From: an uncultured Pseudomonadales bacterium
GTDB lineage: Bacteria; Patescibacteriota; Microgenomatia; UBA1400; PJMF01
Assembly (NCBI GenBank): GCA_964457085.1
Contig: CAYWDM010000007.1
Span: forward strand, 1-53,215
Direction: 5' to 3'
Length of the DNA: 53,215 nucleotides
Below the pieces are notes generated by a model, which worked only from the letters and a program-made list of their open reading frames with translations, searched no databases and was not told the origin of the DNA. The position numbers and the translations under genes are program-made. Below, in pieces: positions 1-8,824 of this stretch (positions are counted from its first letter, which is position 1; the number at the start of each line of letters is the position of its first letter).

Positions 1-264
1 ACCGGCTACCCGTCATAGGCTTGGTAGGCTATTACCCCACCAACTACCTGATAGGACATAGGCTCCTCTCAAAGCGCCTTGCGGCTTTGATCTTGCGATC
101 ACATGCGGTATTACCCCGCCTTTCGGCGAGCTGTTCCCCACTTTGAGGTAGATTCCTATGCATTACTCACCCGTCTGCCGCTGAATATTGCTATCCCGCT
201 CGACTTGCATGCTTAAGGCACACCGCCAGCATTCATCCTGAGCCAGGATCAAACTCTTAGAAAA
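1..264 (-). rRNA. rrs: 16S rRNA, 5' ~260 nt (continues beyond the window's left edge)
   Basis: Reverse complement of 238-257 is AGAGTTTGATCCTGGCTCAG (27F site), followed by GCATGCAAGTCGAGCG, ACGGGTGAGTAA and TTGGTGGGGTAA. The exact 5' end is approximate. Confidence 0.98.
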
Positions 265-459
265 ATTCTTACGAATTTCAAAATTAAGTTTGATCTAGCA
301 GTTGAAAATTGTATCTTCCAACCAAAGATTTACTCATAAGGTTACATTTCCGTGAGCCTTGCGGCACACAGAAAAAATAACGGAAAACGTTTTCTATCAC
401 CATGTCTATTTCAAACGACATGGCATAAATGCACATCATTGTCTAATATGTATATTCAC

Positions 460-472
460 TTCTTAAAGAACG
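460..472 (-). promoter_or_regulatory. boxA-like antitermination element in the rrn leader
   Basis: Minus strand reads CGTTCTTTAAGAA, resembling rrn boxA (TGCTCTTTAACA / GTTCTTTGAAAA), between the promoter and the 16S. Confidence 0.5.
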
Positions 473-603
473 AAATGTATTGTCTCATGCTTTTCAGGTT
501 TTTCAACCGAAAAAAGAAAGAGCAAAGTGCGAGCACTTGGTTTCTCTTTCCATGAGTGCGTGAGAAATTCTATTGTAAAACAACGGAATTGTGAAGTGGG
601 AGT

Positions 604-632
604 ATTCTATCGACAAATACTCGGCGTGTCAA
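604..632 (-). promoter_or_regulatory. sigma70-type rRNA operon promoter
   Basis: Minus strand TTGACA (632-627), 17-nt spacer, TAGAAT (609-604), ~340 nt upstream of the 16S. Confidence 0.85.
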
Positions 633-714
633 AGGGAAAAAGGCATTAATCCCCTGACCACACGTATTTGAACCAATGATGCTTGTTTGGAGAGAATAAA
701 ATCTAAAAATTGAG

Positions 715-2103
715 CTATCTTGATCTTAGTCGATTGGGATTGTAAACTTTTACACTAGAACATCCCAATTCACAGATTGTCAGTTCTTTATTCGTCTCCA
801 GATTCCATGCAGCAATCTTCCCGGTAATGCCAATAGGGTCAGGATTGTCAGATTCAAGAAAAACCACCAACCATTGTTCGTCAGGAGTAACACCTATACT
901 TCCTTCGCTAAAAATAGAGTTCTCCTTATTTAAGCGTCCTGTTTCGGTTATAACTTTTCTGCTATCCGGTGTGTTTAAATCAACTACTGTGAAGCGATTT
1001 CTAGAGGCAATTAGATTGTTGTCGACTTCTTGTATTACCAGACTATTTTTTGAATAGAGTGGTTCTATTGCCTCAATAGCCCAGGAATCACCTGACCATG
1101 GTATGGAAGTTACTTCTTCTAGGTTTGAAATTAAGTACAGATTGATTATTGAGTTTCCTTCAGGTTTATATGCCTGACTCAGCATCTTCTTGGCCTCATC
1201 TTCATTTTGGGTATCAGTGAGTTTTTTTTGAAATTCTAGATCATACATTGGATTTTTCGCCTCAGGTTTCTCAAGGGTGACAATATATTTACTTGTCATT
1301 CCAACAATTATTCCTTTTAAACTTGGCAGGGGTTTGCCATCTAACGTTGCATTTTGGGGATTTGTATTGATGACTTCTTGAAGTATTTTTAACCGACTAT
1401 TACTTAGGTAATGTGTTTTGGGAGCGGTTATGGCAGCTATTGCTCCACTTGTGTCAACTGAGTTTGATGCGGTATATGACAATCGTGAATCGTCAATCCA
1501 CGAAGATGTGAAGCTAAACTCGCTGTAATTACCCTTAAACTCAGGAACGGAGTTTGTGTCAAATAAGTATGATAGTTTTCTGGTTTTAGAATCATATGCG
1601 TATAAAGGCTGAGGTAATGAGTTCTCTCTTATTCCCAACATAAACAGTTTTTCCCCAGAAAGTGACCATGGACTGATAATTTTGCCGAAGTCATTAACAT
1701 GTCCAGCGGGAAGTTCTGGTGAGAATGGCTGTTCGGTAGAGAAATCGAAAAGCATGAACTTCCCCTGTCGATTACTACTTTCGCCACCTAATTCCTCAGG
1801 GGAAAATTTAACATAAACCACAGCCGGTAATGAAGTAGTGGGAGTTTGAACTTCTGTCGTAACCTGCATCGCATCTTGTTTGCGTGGAAAAAGGAAGATA
1901 CTCGCTACTGTACCCATGATAACAATTAGTATCGCTATCACAGCAATCACAAGGGTTGGCTTCCCATTTGATTCAAGTGGAGCTGGAAAAACAGCTTGAA
2001 TTTGCTCCATCGTCCAGCCGTTAGCAGTTAAGGCTTGTTTAATTTGTTCGTCGGTTTGGCCAGAGGCTCTCTGACTGGAGACATACTCTTCGACTTGATC
2101 CAT
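715..2103 (-). CDS. Single-pass membrane protein with a large extracytoplasmic, possibly beta-propeller-like domain
   Basis: 462-aa ORF. Short N-terminal helical module (YVSSQRASGQTDEQIKQALTANGWT), TM helix (LVIAVIAILIVIMGTVASIFLF), then repeats such as WSLSGEKL and VTPDEQWLVV. Confidence 0.6.
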   Translation of the reverse strand: MDQVEEYVSSQRASGQTDEQIKQALTANGWTMEQIQAVFPAPLESNGKPTLVIAVIAILIVIMGTVASIFLFPRKQDAMQVTTEVQTPTTSLPAVVYVKFSPEELGGESSNRQGKFMLFDFSTEQPFSPELPAGHVNDFGKIISPWSLSGEKLFMLGIRENSLPQPLYAYDSKTRKLSYLFDTNSVPEFKGNYSEFSFTSSWIDDSRLSYTASNSVDTSGAIAAITAPKTHYLSNSRLKILQEVINTNPQNATLDGKPLPSLKGIIVGMTSKYIVTLEKPEAKNPMYDLEFQKKLTDTQNEDEAKKMLSQAYKPEGNSIINLYLISNLEEVTSIPWSGDSWAIEAIEPLYSKNSLVIQEVDNNLIASRNRFTVVDLNTPDSRKVITETGRLNKENSIFSEGSIGVTPDEQWLVVFLESDNPDPIGITGKIAAWNLETNKELTICELGCSSVKVYNPNRLRSR

Positions 2104-2183
2104 GAATAACAGTGTACATTGTTGATTAACAAGTTAAAACTACATTCTTAAATAATGTGAAAGATAAAGACCAACTGATTATG

Positions 2184-2293
2184 GCCCCACCCAAGCAAAT
2201 CTTAATTGGGCTTTTGGAATTAGGTTGCCAATCAGTTCCCACTATCAATCGATTTTTGGTAGGAATCTTAGCAACTATATAAAGAGGAGGTAA
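2184..2293 (-). pseudogene. mnmA: Degenerate, internally deleted duplicate of the mnmA 3' end
   Basis: By manual alignment 2224-2293 matches 6461-6530 (61/70 nt) and 2184-2232 matches 6196-6244 (44/49 nt). It translates LPPLYIVAKIPTKNRLIVGTDWQPNSKSPIKICLGGA, versus MnmA LPPLYIVAKIPAENRLIVGTDWQ...WQPNPKNPIKICLGGA. Confidence 0.9.
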
Positions 2294-2719
2294 CTAGCTT
2301 ATTTTTTTCAGTTGAGTGATTTGCCACTGGTATAGTGCATGCAATTGCTTGGTTAAGATTTGTTTTTCTTCGAGAGATTCAGCGAGTTCGAGGTCATCTT
2401 GAAGTTGAGCAACTTGTTGGGAGAGATATTGTGCTGCCACAACGGGAACAGTGTTTCCCAGGATTGGCATAAAAGTGTTTTTATATTCTTGATTACTTAA
2501 AATTAAAGTCGCAATTTGTTCAGGTTTTTGTTGTTCTATATCGAGTGATTCTATTAATTTCTGATTGCTCGCTGTTTTTAGCCATAAGATAATTGCAACT
2601 TGGAAACAATTGGCTATTAATTGATCGGAATCTGTAGTTGCGGAATACGGGATGTCAGCAAGTTGCTTTTGGATAATTACTTGGAGTTCAGTTGGCGGCA
2701 AAAGGTAATCACTGGGCAT
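2294..2719 (-). CDS. Hypothetical helical protein, translationally coupled to the upstream 1139-aa gene
   Basis: ORF track gives 2294-2746. The likelier ATG at 2719 overlaps the upstream stop by 11 nt. No recognisable motif. Confidence 0.55.
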   Translation of the reverse strand: MPSDYLLPPTELQVIIQKQLADIPYSATTDSDQLIANCFQVAIILWLKTASNQKLIESLDIEQQKPEQIATLILSNQEYKNTFMPILGNTVPVVAAQYLSQQVAQLQDDLELAESLEEKQILTKQLHALYQWQITQLKKIS

Positions 2720-5700
2720 ATAGTTTACTTTCATCAGCATTTTCAAGCACTTTGTCTTGTGCTGCTAGGTAATCCTGGACTTCTGTGAGCAGTGCCTCCA
2801 TTTTGGCGTTCTCTCGATGCTTGCTAATGGTTGATCCAAGTGTGAAAGCACCAGCTGCTACCAACACGCCAATGAACGTGGGTATGGCTGCGGGTTGCTG
2901 CAAGACCTGATGAAATAGTTCTGTCAGATCCACAGTACCGGCCAACTGTTTTGAGGTTTCGTGAATAGCTTGTTGTACTGGGGCAATTTGAGATTGGTAC
3001 TGGGCTGGGAGTTCTGTGGGGATGCTCAGCAGCAGTGCCTCGGTTCCCAGGACTCCAGCCATAATTGCGGGTGTAAATGGAATTGTAAATTTAAGTAGGG
3101 TTACTAGGTCAGTTTTACCCTTTGGTAATGCCTTTATCAATTTTTTAAATTCAGGTTTGATTTTTGAGAGCTTTTTACCGTCGAGGAAGCGACCAGCTTG
3201 TGGTTCATATAATTTCCAGCCACCATCCAAATAAACTTTGACTACTGCATGCCCATTTAAGTCTGCTGCTCTACCCAACATCGCCAGATAACAAGATTGT
3301 GAATCACAGGGAATGTGAGCTAGTCTACAGAGTGAGACGATGGCTTCCGCCATGTGGCCACATGTTCCAGTCAGCTCATTAACAATGCGCTGATGATCTA
3401 GACCACCTCCCTCAGCTTTATAGTTCACTGTGTCTGATGCGTTGAAGTTATAACCTCGTTTTATAGTTTTGGCGATGATGGCGAATTTTTGTGCATCAGT
3501 CAGTTTGCTGGTAATCGATATCATGTCAAAAATATTTCGCCACTCGGTTCTTAATCCCTCATACTGAATATTGGGTTCAAGACTTGACTCGGCAACTGAT
3601 TCTTGAGGATGGTTTTTTGGCAATTTTTTGAGGTATACCACAACTTTTTTGACTGGCTCATTGGCTTCAATAAACCATTCATTGCCTGTGCTTGACTTTC
3701 TGAATGAGACTTCTTTGCCTTTTGGGGCTCGATAGCAGCTAGGTTCATATCCAGGTGGAAGAAGTAGTGGCTGAGCAGTTGAAACCTCTTTATATATGAT
3801 TGAGTGTTGGAATGGTTTCCAACCCTTTTCAAGGTGCACTGAACTTTGATTTGCTGGTTGGGCTTCAGATTCATTATGAGTTAGCAGATAAATGGTTGGT
3901 GGGATATCTCCGAAAGGCAGTCGATGTATAGCGATAGGTTTTGTCCAAAATTCCACTGCTCCTAAAAATGCTTCGCTCCAGCCCAATTCTGGGTTATATG
4001 GCGTCGACATTTTTTCGGCACGGTTTTTTTTGATTTTTTCTGACTGAATAACCGTAGTTTTGGCCTCTCTTTTTTCTGCTGAGACACCATTCATCGTGGC
4101 TCTAATTCGTGTCATCAATTCAGCTTTTCTACCGTGCAGTTTTTGCAATTCCTTGGCTTGGGAATAAAAAATAAAGCCATCTTTATTGGTGTGATTGGCG
4201 AGTGTCGTTTTAATTCTATTGAGTGCCTCGCTGGTATTTTGCCCTCTTTTTTTAGAGAGAAGCAAAATTCTCAGTTCTAGGCCTGTTTTATGATTGATGA
4301 GCTCTTTATCGGCTTGATGTACGCTAGCAGTTCGTGAACCAGCTTTTTCATGAACTGAAAATCCAAATTCCACACTTGATTTTGAAGCAAACGCTTCAGC
4401 TTCAATTGTAAATATATCCCCATACATGGCTAGTAATTGACTAATAACATCAATAGATTTGCCACCAAGTTCGAGTAGTTTGCGTGGCAACTTACTGACT
4501 TTAAACTCGCTCAAGTCAAGAATGACTGCACCATCATCAGCAAATGTTGCCCGGCCTCCCCACCTAGCTAGCCATACCAGTAAGTTTTGTTCTAATTCAG
4601 CATATGAGGGGTCTTCATCAAGCGAGATAGACTCGTTAGTTTGATGGTATTCAACTTCTTCTTGGATCATGTCAGCAGTACTTTGAGTAGCACCAATAGT
4701 TACTAACGCTCGTACATATGCTGGCGAGTAAAGCAGTAGTGCCTTCTTTTGTTTCTGCTTGAGTAGGTTGACAACGCTGGTGTCAGATGTAGTGATCACA
4801 TCTTTGGGTAGGTGCCGCTCTGTTAAGAGTCTTTGATATGCAACCATTAGTGCTTCTCGAGCACTTGGTGTTAGCTGCTTATCAAATTTGTCCTGATCAA
4901 TATCACCTTCATAGCAATTATCTGCAAGCGAGGCTTTAAGCACTGTGTAATGTATCTCTGGATTCGGACATCTGGACAATACCAGACAGACAAGATCTTT
5001 TGGATTGCCATCAAGTGACCTTGAGTCGGTTGAACGGTCAGCCCGGTAATAACTGTTAGATACAGCACCTTTTTTGAAACCTTTGAAGTGCCAAGGTAGA
5101 ACGTTATCATCAATACCTTCGACTTTTAGTCCTCCGGTATAGATAGGTGGTGGTTTTTGATTAGGGTTAGCCAGAATTGCTGGCGAGAGGATTTCTACTG
5201 CTAGTGTGTCCAAGTCACCTCCATTTTTTAGAAAAGTGTTTTTGTCATAGAACATTTCCCGTAAGTCAGATTCAGAAAATTGAGTTGCAACTTGTCCGGT
5301 ATGTGCTACACCAGTCATTGCAAATTGATTTGGTACCGCATCAATTTGTTCTTGTTTGCCGGAAAATGCATATCCATGATATTTGCGGTTGGCATATAAA
5401 AATTCATCATTTACTTTAGACAGTAAACTCAAAATTTTTTGATCTGGATTGAGAATAGTGACCGTGGTCTCAGTACATGGTTGTTCTGGATTTAGAGCAA
5501 CGTCAATCGTAAATCTGGGCTTGGTTTGTTTCTCTGACTTTGTTGTCATGTGACCAACAGCTACATATGGCGTACCGTCATTCATCACTGATCTATATTC
5601 AATTCCTTGACAATGAGCATCAGCAGTTAGGAAGGTGGCAGCGATGGTGCCACCCCAGCCATGTTCTCCAAGAGTACCTTTTCCACCACCATGATCAATA

Positions 5701-6128
5701 TTGGCAATTTCGTAAGGATCGAGTCCTTTTTGTCGTGATTTCAATCCATCTCGCACATTGAGCATGTGATTGGTGATTTCCACTCGGTCAACAATTAGCG
5801 ATGGCGTGAGACTCGAGAGTTTTGAAAGTGGTATTCTCGAACCATCTTTTAGCACGATACTGATGGTTGGGTTGCCTTTACTAAAATCATTGTAATCAAA
5901 AGCGTTTTGCAGCAACTCATACCATACCAGTGCTCCATTTTTTTCAAATGCCTGACGCATCCGTTCAACTGGCGGTGAATCTGAAACAAACGAGGTCTCA
6001 ACGTAAAAACGTGGCTGTTGAATAGCCTCCGGTTGAGCTGCCTGGTCTTGACGTTTGGAAAACCATGAAAGTCCACCTCTTTGGGGTTGGACTGTGTCTA
6101 AGAGGCTGATTTCTGCTTGCACAGACAT
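2709..6128 (-). CDS. GHKL-type ATPase + transglutaminase-like (Cys-His-acidic) domain + two C-terminal TM segments
   Basis: N-terminal YELLQNAFD (ExxxNAxD) and KGTLGEHGWGG (GxxGxG). C-terminal GTCGHMA..LCRLAHIP, GHAVVKVY and WKLYEPQ. Two hydrophobic stretches near the C-terminus. Confidence 0.7.
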   Translation of the reverse strand: MSVQAEISLLDTVQPQRGGLSWFSKRQDQAAQPEAIQQPRFYVETSFVSDSPPVERMRQAFEKNGALVWYELLQNAFDYNDFSKGNPTISIVLKDGSRIPLSKLSSLTPSLIVDRVEITNHMLNVRDGLKSRQKGLDPYEIANIDHGGGKGTLGEHGWGGTIAATFLTADAHCQGIEYRSVMNDGTPYVAVGHMTTKSEKQTKPRFTIDVALNPEQPCTETTVTILNPDQKILSLLSKVNDEFLYANRKYHGYAFSGKQEQIDAVPNQFAMTGVAHTGQVATQFSESDLREMFYDKNTFLKNGGDLDTLAVEILSPAILANPNQKPPPIYTGGLKVEGIDDNVLPWHFKGFKKGAVSNSYYRADRSTDSRSLDGNPKDLVCLVLSRCPNPEIHYTVLKASLADNCYEGDIDQDKFDKQLTPSAREALMVAYQRLLTERHLPKDVITTSDTSVVNLLKQKQKKALLLYSPAYVRALVTIGATQSTADMIQEEVEYHQTNESISLDEDPSYAELEQNLLVWLARWGGRATFADDGAVILDLSEFKVSKLPRKLLELGGKSIDVISQLLAMYGDIFTIEAEAFASKSSVEFGFSVHEKAGSRTASVHQADKELINHKTGLELRILLLSKKRGQNTSEALNRIKTTLANHTNKDGFIFYSQAKELQKLHGRKAELMTRIRATMNGVSAEKREAKTTVIQSEKIKKNRAEKMSTPYNPELGWSEAFLGAVEFWTKPIAIHRLPFGDIPPTIYLLTHNESEAQPANQSSVHLEKGWKPFQHSIIYKEVSTAQPLLLPPGYEPSCYRAPKGKEVSFRKSSTGNEWFIEANEPVKKVVVYLKKLPKNHPQESVAESSLEPNIQYEGLRTEWRNIFDMISITSKLTDAQKFAIIAKTIKRGYNFNASDTVNYKAEGGGLDHQRIVNELTGTCGHMAEAIVSLCRLAHIPCDSQSCYLAMLGRAADLNGHAVVKVYLDGGWKLYEPQAGRFLDGKKLSKIKPEFKKLIKALPKGKTDLVTLLKFTIPFTPAIMAGVLGTEALLLSIPTELPAQYQSQIAPVQQAIHETSKQLAGTVDLTELFHQVLQQPAAIPTFIGVLVAAGAFTLGSTISKHRENAKMEALLTEVQDYLAAQDKVLENADESKLYAQ

Positions 6129-6179
6129 ATTGCATTAAGCATAGCCTATTTCTCGGTGATGCAAAAGTTTAGGGATAGG

Positions 6180-7367
6180 TCAACAGCAAATGACTGCCCC
6201 ACCCAAACAAATCTTTATTGGGTTTTTGGGATTTGGTTGCCAATAGAACACTGCAGATTGGCCGCTAGCGACTCCAACCGCAGGGACTGAGAGTGTAATT
6301 GTCAGGGTTTTGTCAGCTTGAGTTTTTATAGTAGCAGGTAGTAACTCTCCGGTATGACGAATCCGTACCAGAAGTCGGGCGGATTGGTTTGCCAGGAGGG
6401 TTTTAACTAATTGAGGGTCGATCCAGTGTGGTGTTTGGGTGTTGAAACTGAGCTGCGAGCGTTGCCAGTCAGTTCCAACTATTAGTCGATTTTCGGCAGG
6501 AATTTTAGCAACTATATAGAGAGGGGGTAATTGGCGTTTATCTGGTGACAAATCAGGGTTATGTTTTGAGAAAATCTTAGGGTCGATGGTGAAGCCATGG
6601 CGTTGACCAATGGTGTAGAACCATAAGCCGCGGTGGGTGCCTACTCTATTGCCCGACTGATCTGTAATCGCTCCTAGTTGTTCTCCCAGTGAGTCTTTTA
6701 AGAATTGGCTGACGTTTATTTCGCCTACAAAGCAAATGCCAGTTGAGTCTTTTTTATCTGCAACAGGCAATTGTAACTGAGTTGCCAGCTCGCGAACGGC
6801 TTTTTTTTGCAGGTGACCAATTGGAAATAAGATGCGTTGAAGTTTGTCTGAGGTGAGCAAGTTAAGGAAGTAGGTCTGATCCTTGTGTTCATCGATACTT
6901 GACGCAAGTTGCAATGCAGCATCACCATTGAGTGCAATCTTTGGGTTTGAATTAATATTCGAACTAGCCATAATTTGGGCATAGTGACCAGTGGCGATGT
7001 AGTCAAATCCTTGGGACAGTGCCCAGTCATAGAATAGGCCGAATTTGATAACTTGATTGCAGAGTACGTCAGGATTTGGGGTGCGACCAGCCTGGTACTC
7101 AGTTAGAAAGTAGTCAAGAACTTGATCCTTATATTGTTGTCTAAAGTCTAAAGTCTTGAAAGGCAGCTCTAATGCCAATGCGATTTTGAGTGCATCTTGT
7201 TTGTCTTGCTCAGCTCGGCATCCCGGCTCATTCCAACACTCGATGTAGACCGTGGTGACGTTATGCCCCTGTTGTTTGAGTAGATGCGCACACACGGCTG
7301 AATCTACGCCACCAGATAGTCCCAGAGCGACATTTTGATTGGGGGTGGTTTGTAATGCAGTGCTCAT
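6180..7367 (-). CDS. mnmA: tRNA-specific 2-thiouridylase MnmA
   Basis: SGGVDS PP-loop, GRTPNPDVLCN, ATGHYA, KDQTYFL, KKDSTGICF, TIGQRHG, GQSAVFY. Confidence 0.97.
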   Translation of the reverse strand: MSTALQTTPNQNVALGLSGGVDSAVCAHLLKQQGHNVTTVYIECWNEPGCRAEQDKQDALKIALALELPFKTLDFRQQYKDQVLDYFLTEYQAGRTPNPDVLCNQVIKFGLFYDWALSQGFDYIATGHYAQIMASSNINSNPKIALNGDAALQLASSIDEHKDQTYFLNLLTSDKLQRILFPIGHLQKKAVRELATQLQLPVADKKDSTGICFVGEINVSQFLKDSLGEQLGAITDQSGNRVGTHRGLWFYTIGQRHGFTIDPKIFSKHNPDLSPDKRQLPPLYIVAKIPAENRLIVGTDWQRSQLSFNTQTPHWIDPQLVKTLLANQSARLLVRIRHTGELLPATIKTQADKTLTITLSVPAVGVASGQSAVFYWQPNPKNPIKICLGGAVICC

Positions 7368-7402
7368 TTTTGAGAAGTATCGTGGTAGCTCACACTAGCT
7401 AG

Positions 7403-8416
7403 TTAAGCACCAAGCTTGGAAATGGTAGTGGTAAGAATTATTTTGGCAACATCAATGGACTCTCCAATTGAGGGGAAATGATGCATGCGCAAACCTGGGG
7501 ATTTGTTAATTTCAATAACTCCTGCTTTAGGCTGTGACTCGATTGGCGTGGCTAATGATTGGCACATGATGTCGATACCGAGCACATCCAGGTCAAAAAT
7601 CTGAGCAATTCTTTCGAATAGCTCCTTATTCTCTGGGCAAACTTTATTAGTTACGTTTTCAGCCTCACCTCCTGTTGAGAGGTTTGCAGTTTTACGTAGC
7701 GTGATCTCGGCACCACTGTTTGGAATACTAGTTAGATTTAGTTTTTGGGTTGCAAGAACTCGTTCAAGTTCGCTATCAATCGAAATTTCACTCAAATTAC
7801 CGCGATGACCCTTAGCCCGATCGGGTTGCTGGTTTTTTAGGCCAATGAGTTCTGCGATGGTATGTAAGCCATCACCAGTGACAAATGCAGGTTTGCGATA
7901 TGCTGCTGCCACAAATTTGTAATCTACACAAACGATGCGAAATTCCGTGCCGATGAGTGTTTCTTCAAAAAGTACTGGTTTGTTTAATTTTTGCCAGGAT
8001 TTTGTTGCTTCATTGAAATCGCTTAAACCGACGATTACATCTTTACCATGTGCTCCTTCTGTAGGTTTCATGACTAACGGCCAGTTCAAGCTCTGTAGCT
8101 TTTCTAGATCTACTAGCGAGGTGATTTTTACAGCTTGAGCTGTCGGGATTTGGTGGGCTTGGAGGAATTTTTTGGCGATAGCTTTGTTGCTGACAATGGT
8201 CTGTCCAACCGCAGACTGCAATGAAGTTCGGGAGCCACGGGTGTACCAATTTTTGCCATTTTTTGTCATTAAAATTGTTTGATAGTCAGGCAAAATAGTA
8301 CGGGTAATTCCAAGTTCCTCTGCTGCCAAGTACATGATCCGAGAACTAGCATCTAGGAGTGTTGCGTCTTGAGTGCAGGGAAGCAATGGAGCTGGAATTT
8401 GATGCATAACAGACAT
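7403..8416 (-). CDS. Stand-alone ATP-grasp ligase resembling the cyanophycin synthetase / GshAB ATP-grasp domain
   Basis: PLVMKPTEGAHGKDV, RKPAFVTGDGLHTIAELI, ANLSTGG, LGIDIM, IEINKSPGLRMHHFP. No MurLigase or GshA domain. Confidence 0.85.
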   Translation of the reverse strand: MSVMHQIPAPLLPCTQDATLLDASSRIMYLAAEELGITRTILPDYQTILMTKNGKNWYTRGSRTSLQSAVGQTIVSNKAIAKKFLQAHQIPTAQAVKITSLVDLEKLQSLNWPLVMKPTEGAHGKDVIVGLSDFNEATKSWQKLNKPVLFEETLIGTEFRIVCVDYKFVAAAYRKPAFVTGDGLHTIAELIGLKNQQPDRAKGHRGNLSEISIDSELERVLATQKLNLTSIPNSGAEITLRKTANLSTGGEAENVTNKVCPENKELFERIAQIFDLDVLGIDIMCQSLATPIESQPKAGVIEINKSPGLRMHHFPSIGESIDVAKIILTTTISKLGA

Positions 8417-8419
8417 GGA

Positions 8420-8824
8420 TTATTTTTCCTCTTGATTTGAAGGTCTTACAAAAAAATCTTTAATATCTTGTCTGCCAACAATGACTTTATGTCTCATGTG
8501 TTTTCGATCTGAAATGCTCACTTGAGTTTTATGCATGCGGTTTTTGATGGTGATCTGGCAATGGACTACTTTTCGTTGTTCCTGGCCTAGGCCACTTGAA
8601 AACTGTCGCAGCTCAATAATGTTATCTGGCTGTAGTAAGCCAATTTCTTCTGCAATAGCCATATCAACAGAGGTGCGGTTGGCACCTGTGTCTATTTTTG
8701 CTTTCACTCGTTTTTCGCCGGTGGGGCCAGTGATTAAAACAAACTCATAATTATCGAGAATAAATTGAGCAAAGACGTGTTCAAATAGTCTAAGAAAATT
8801 GCGCATTGGTTTTTGCCTTTTCAT
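8420..8824 (-). CDS. RimK-associated retropepsin-like aspartic protease (so-called ATP-dependent Zn protease family)
   Basis: AKIDTGANRTSVD catalytic motif and SDRKHMRHKVIVGR. 1-nt TAATG coupling to the upstream ligase. Confidence 0.85.
   Translation of the reverse strand: MKRQKPMRNFLRLFEHVFAQFILDNYEFVLITGPTGEKRVKAKIDTGANRTSVDMAIAEEIGLLQPDNIIELRQFSSGLGQEQRKVVHCQITIKNRMHKTQVSISDRKHMRHKVIVGRQDIKDFFVRPSNQEEK

Noticed and set aside
352-555. 67-aa ORF upstream of the 16S
   Set aside because: It is antisense to the rRNA leader between promoter and 16S and has no protein features.
7403-8416. Calling this gene cphA or gshAB
   Set aside because: Only the ATP-grasp domain is present. The MurLigase and GshA domains are missing.
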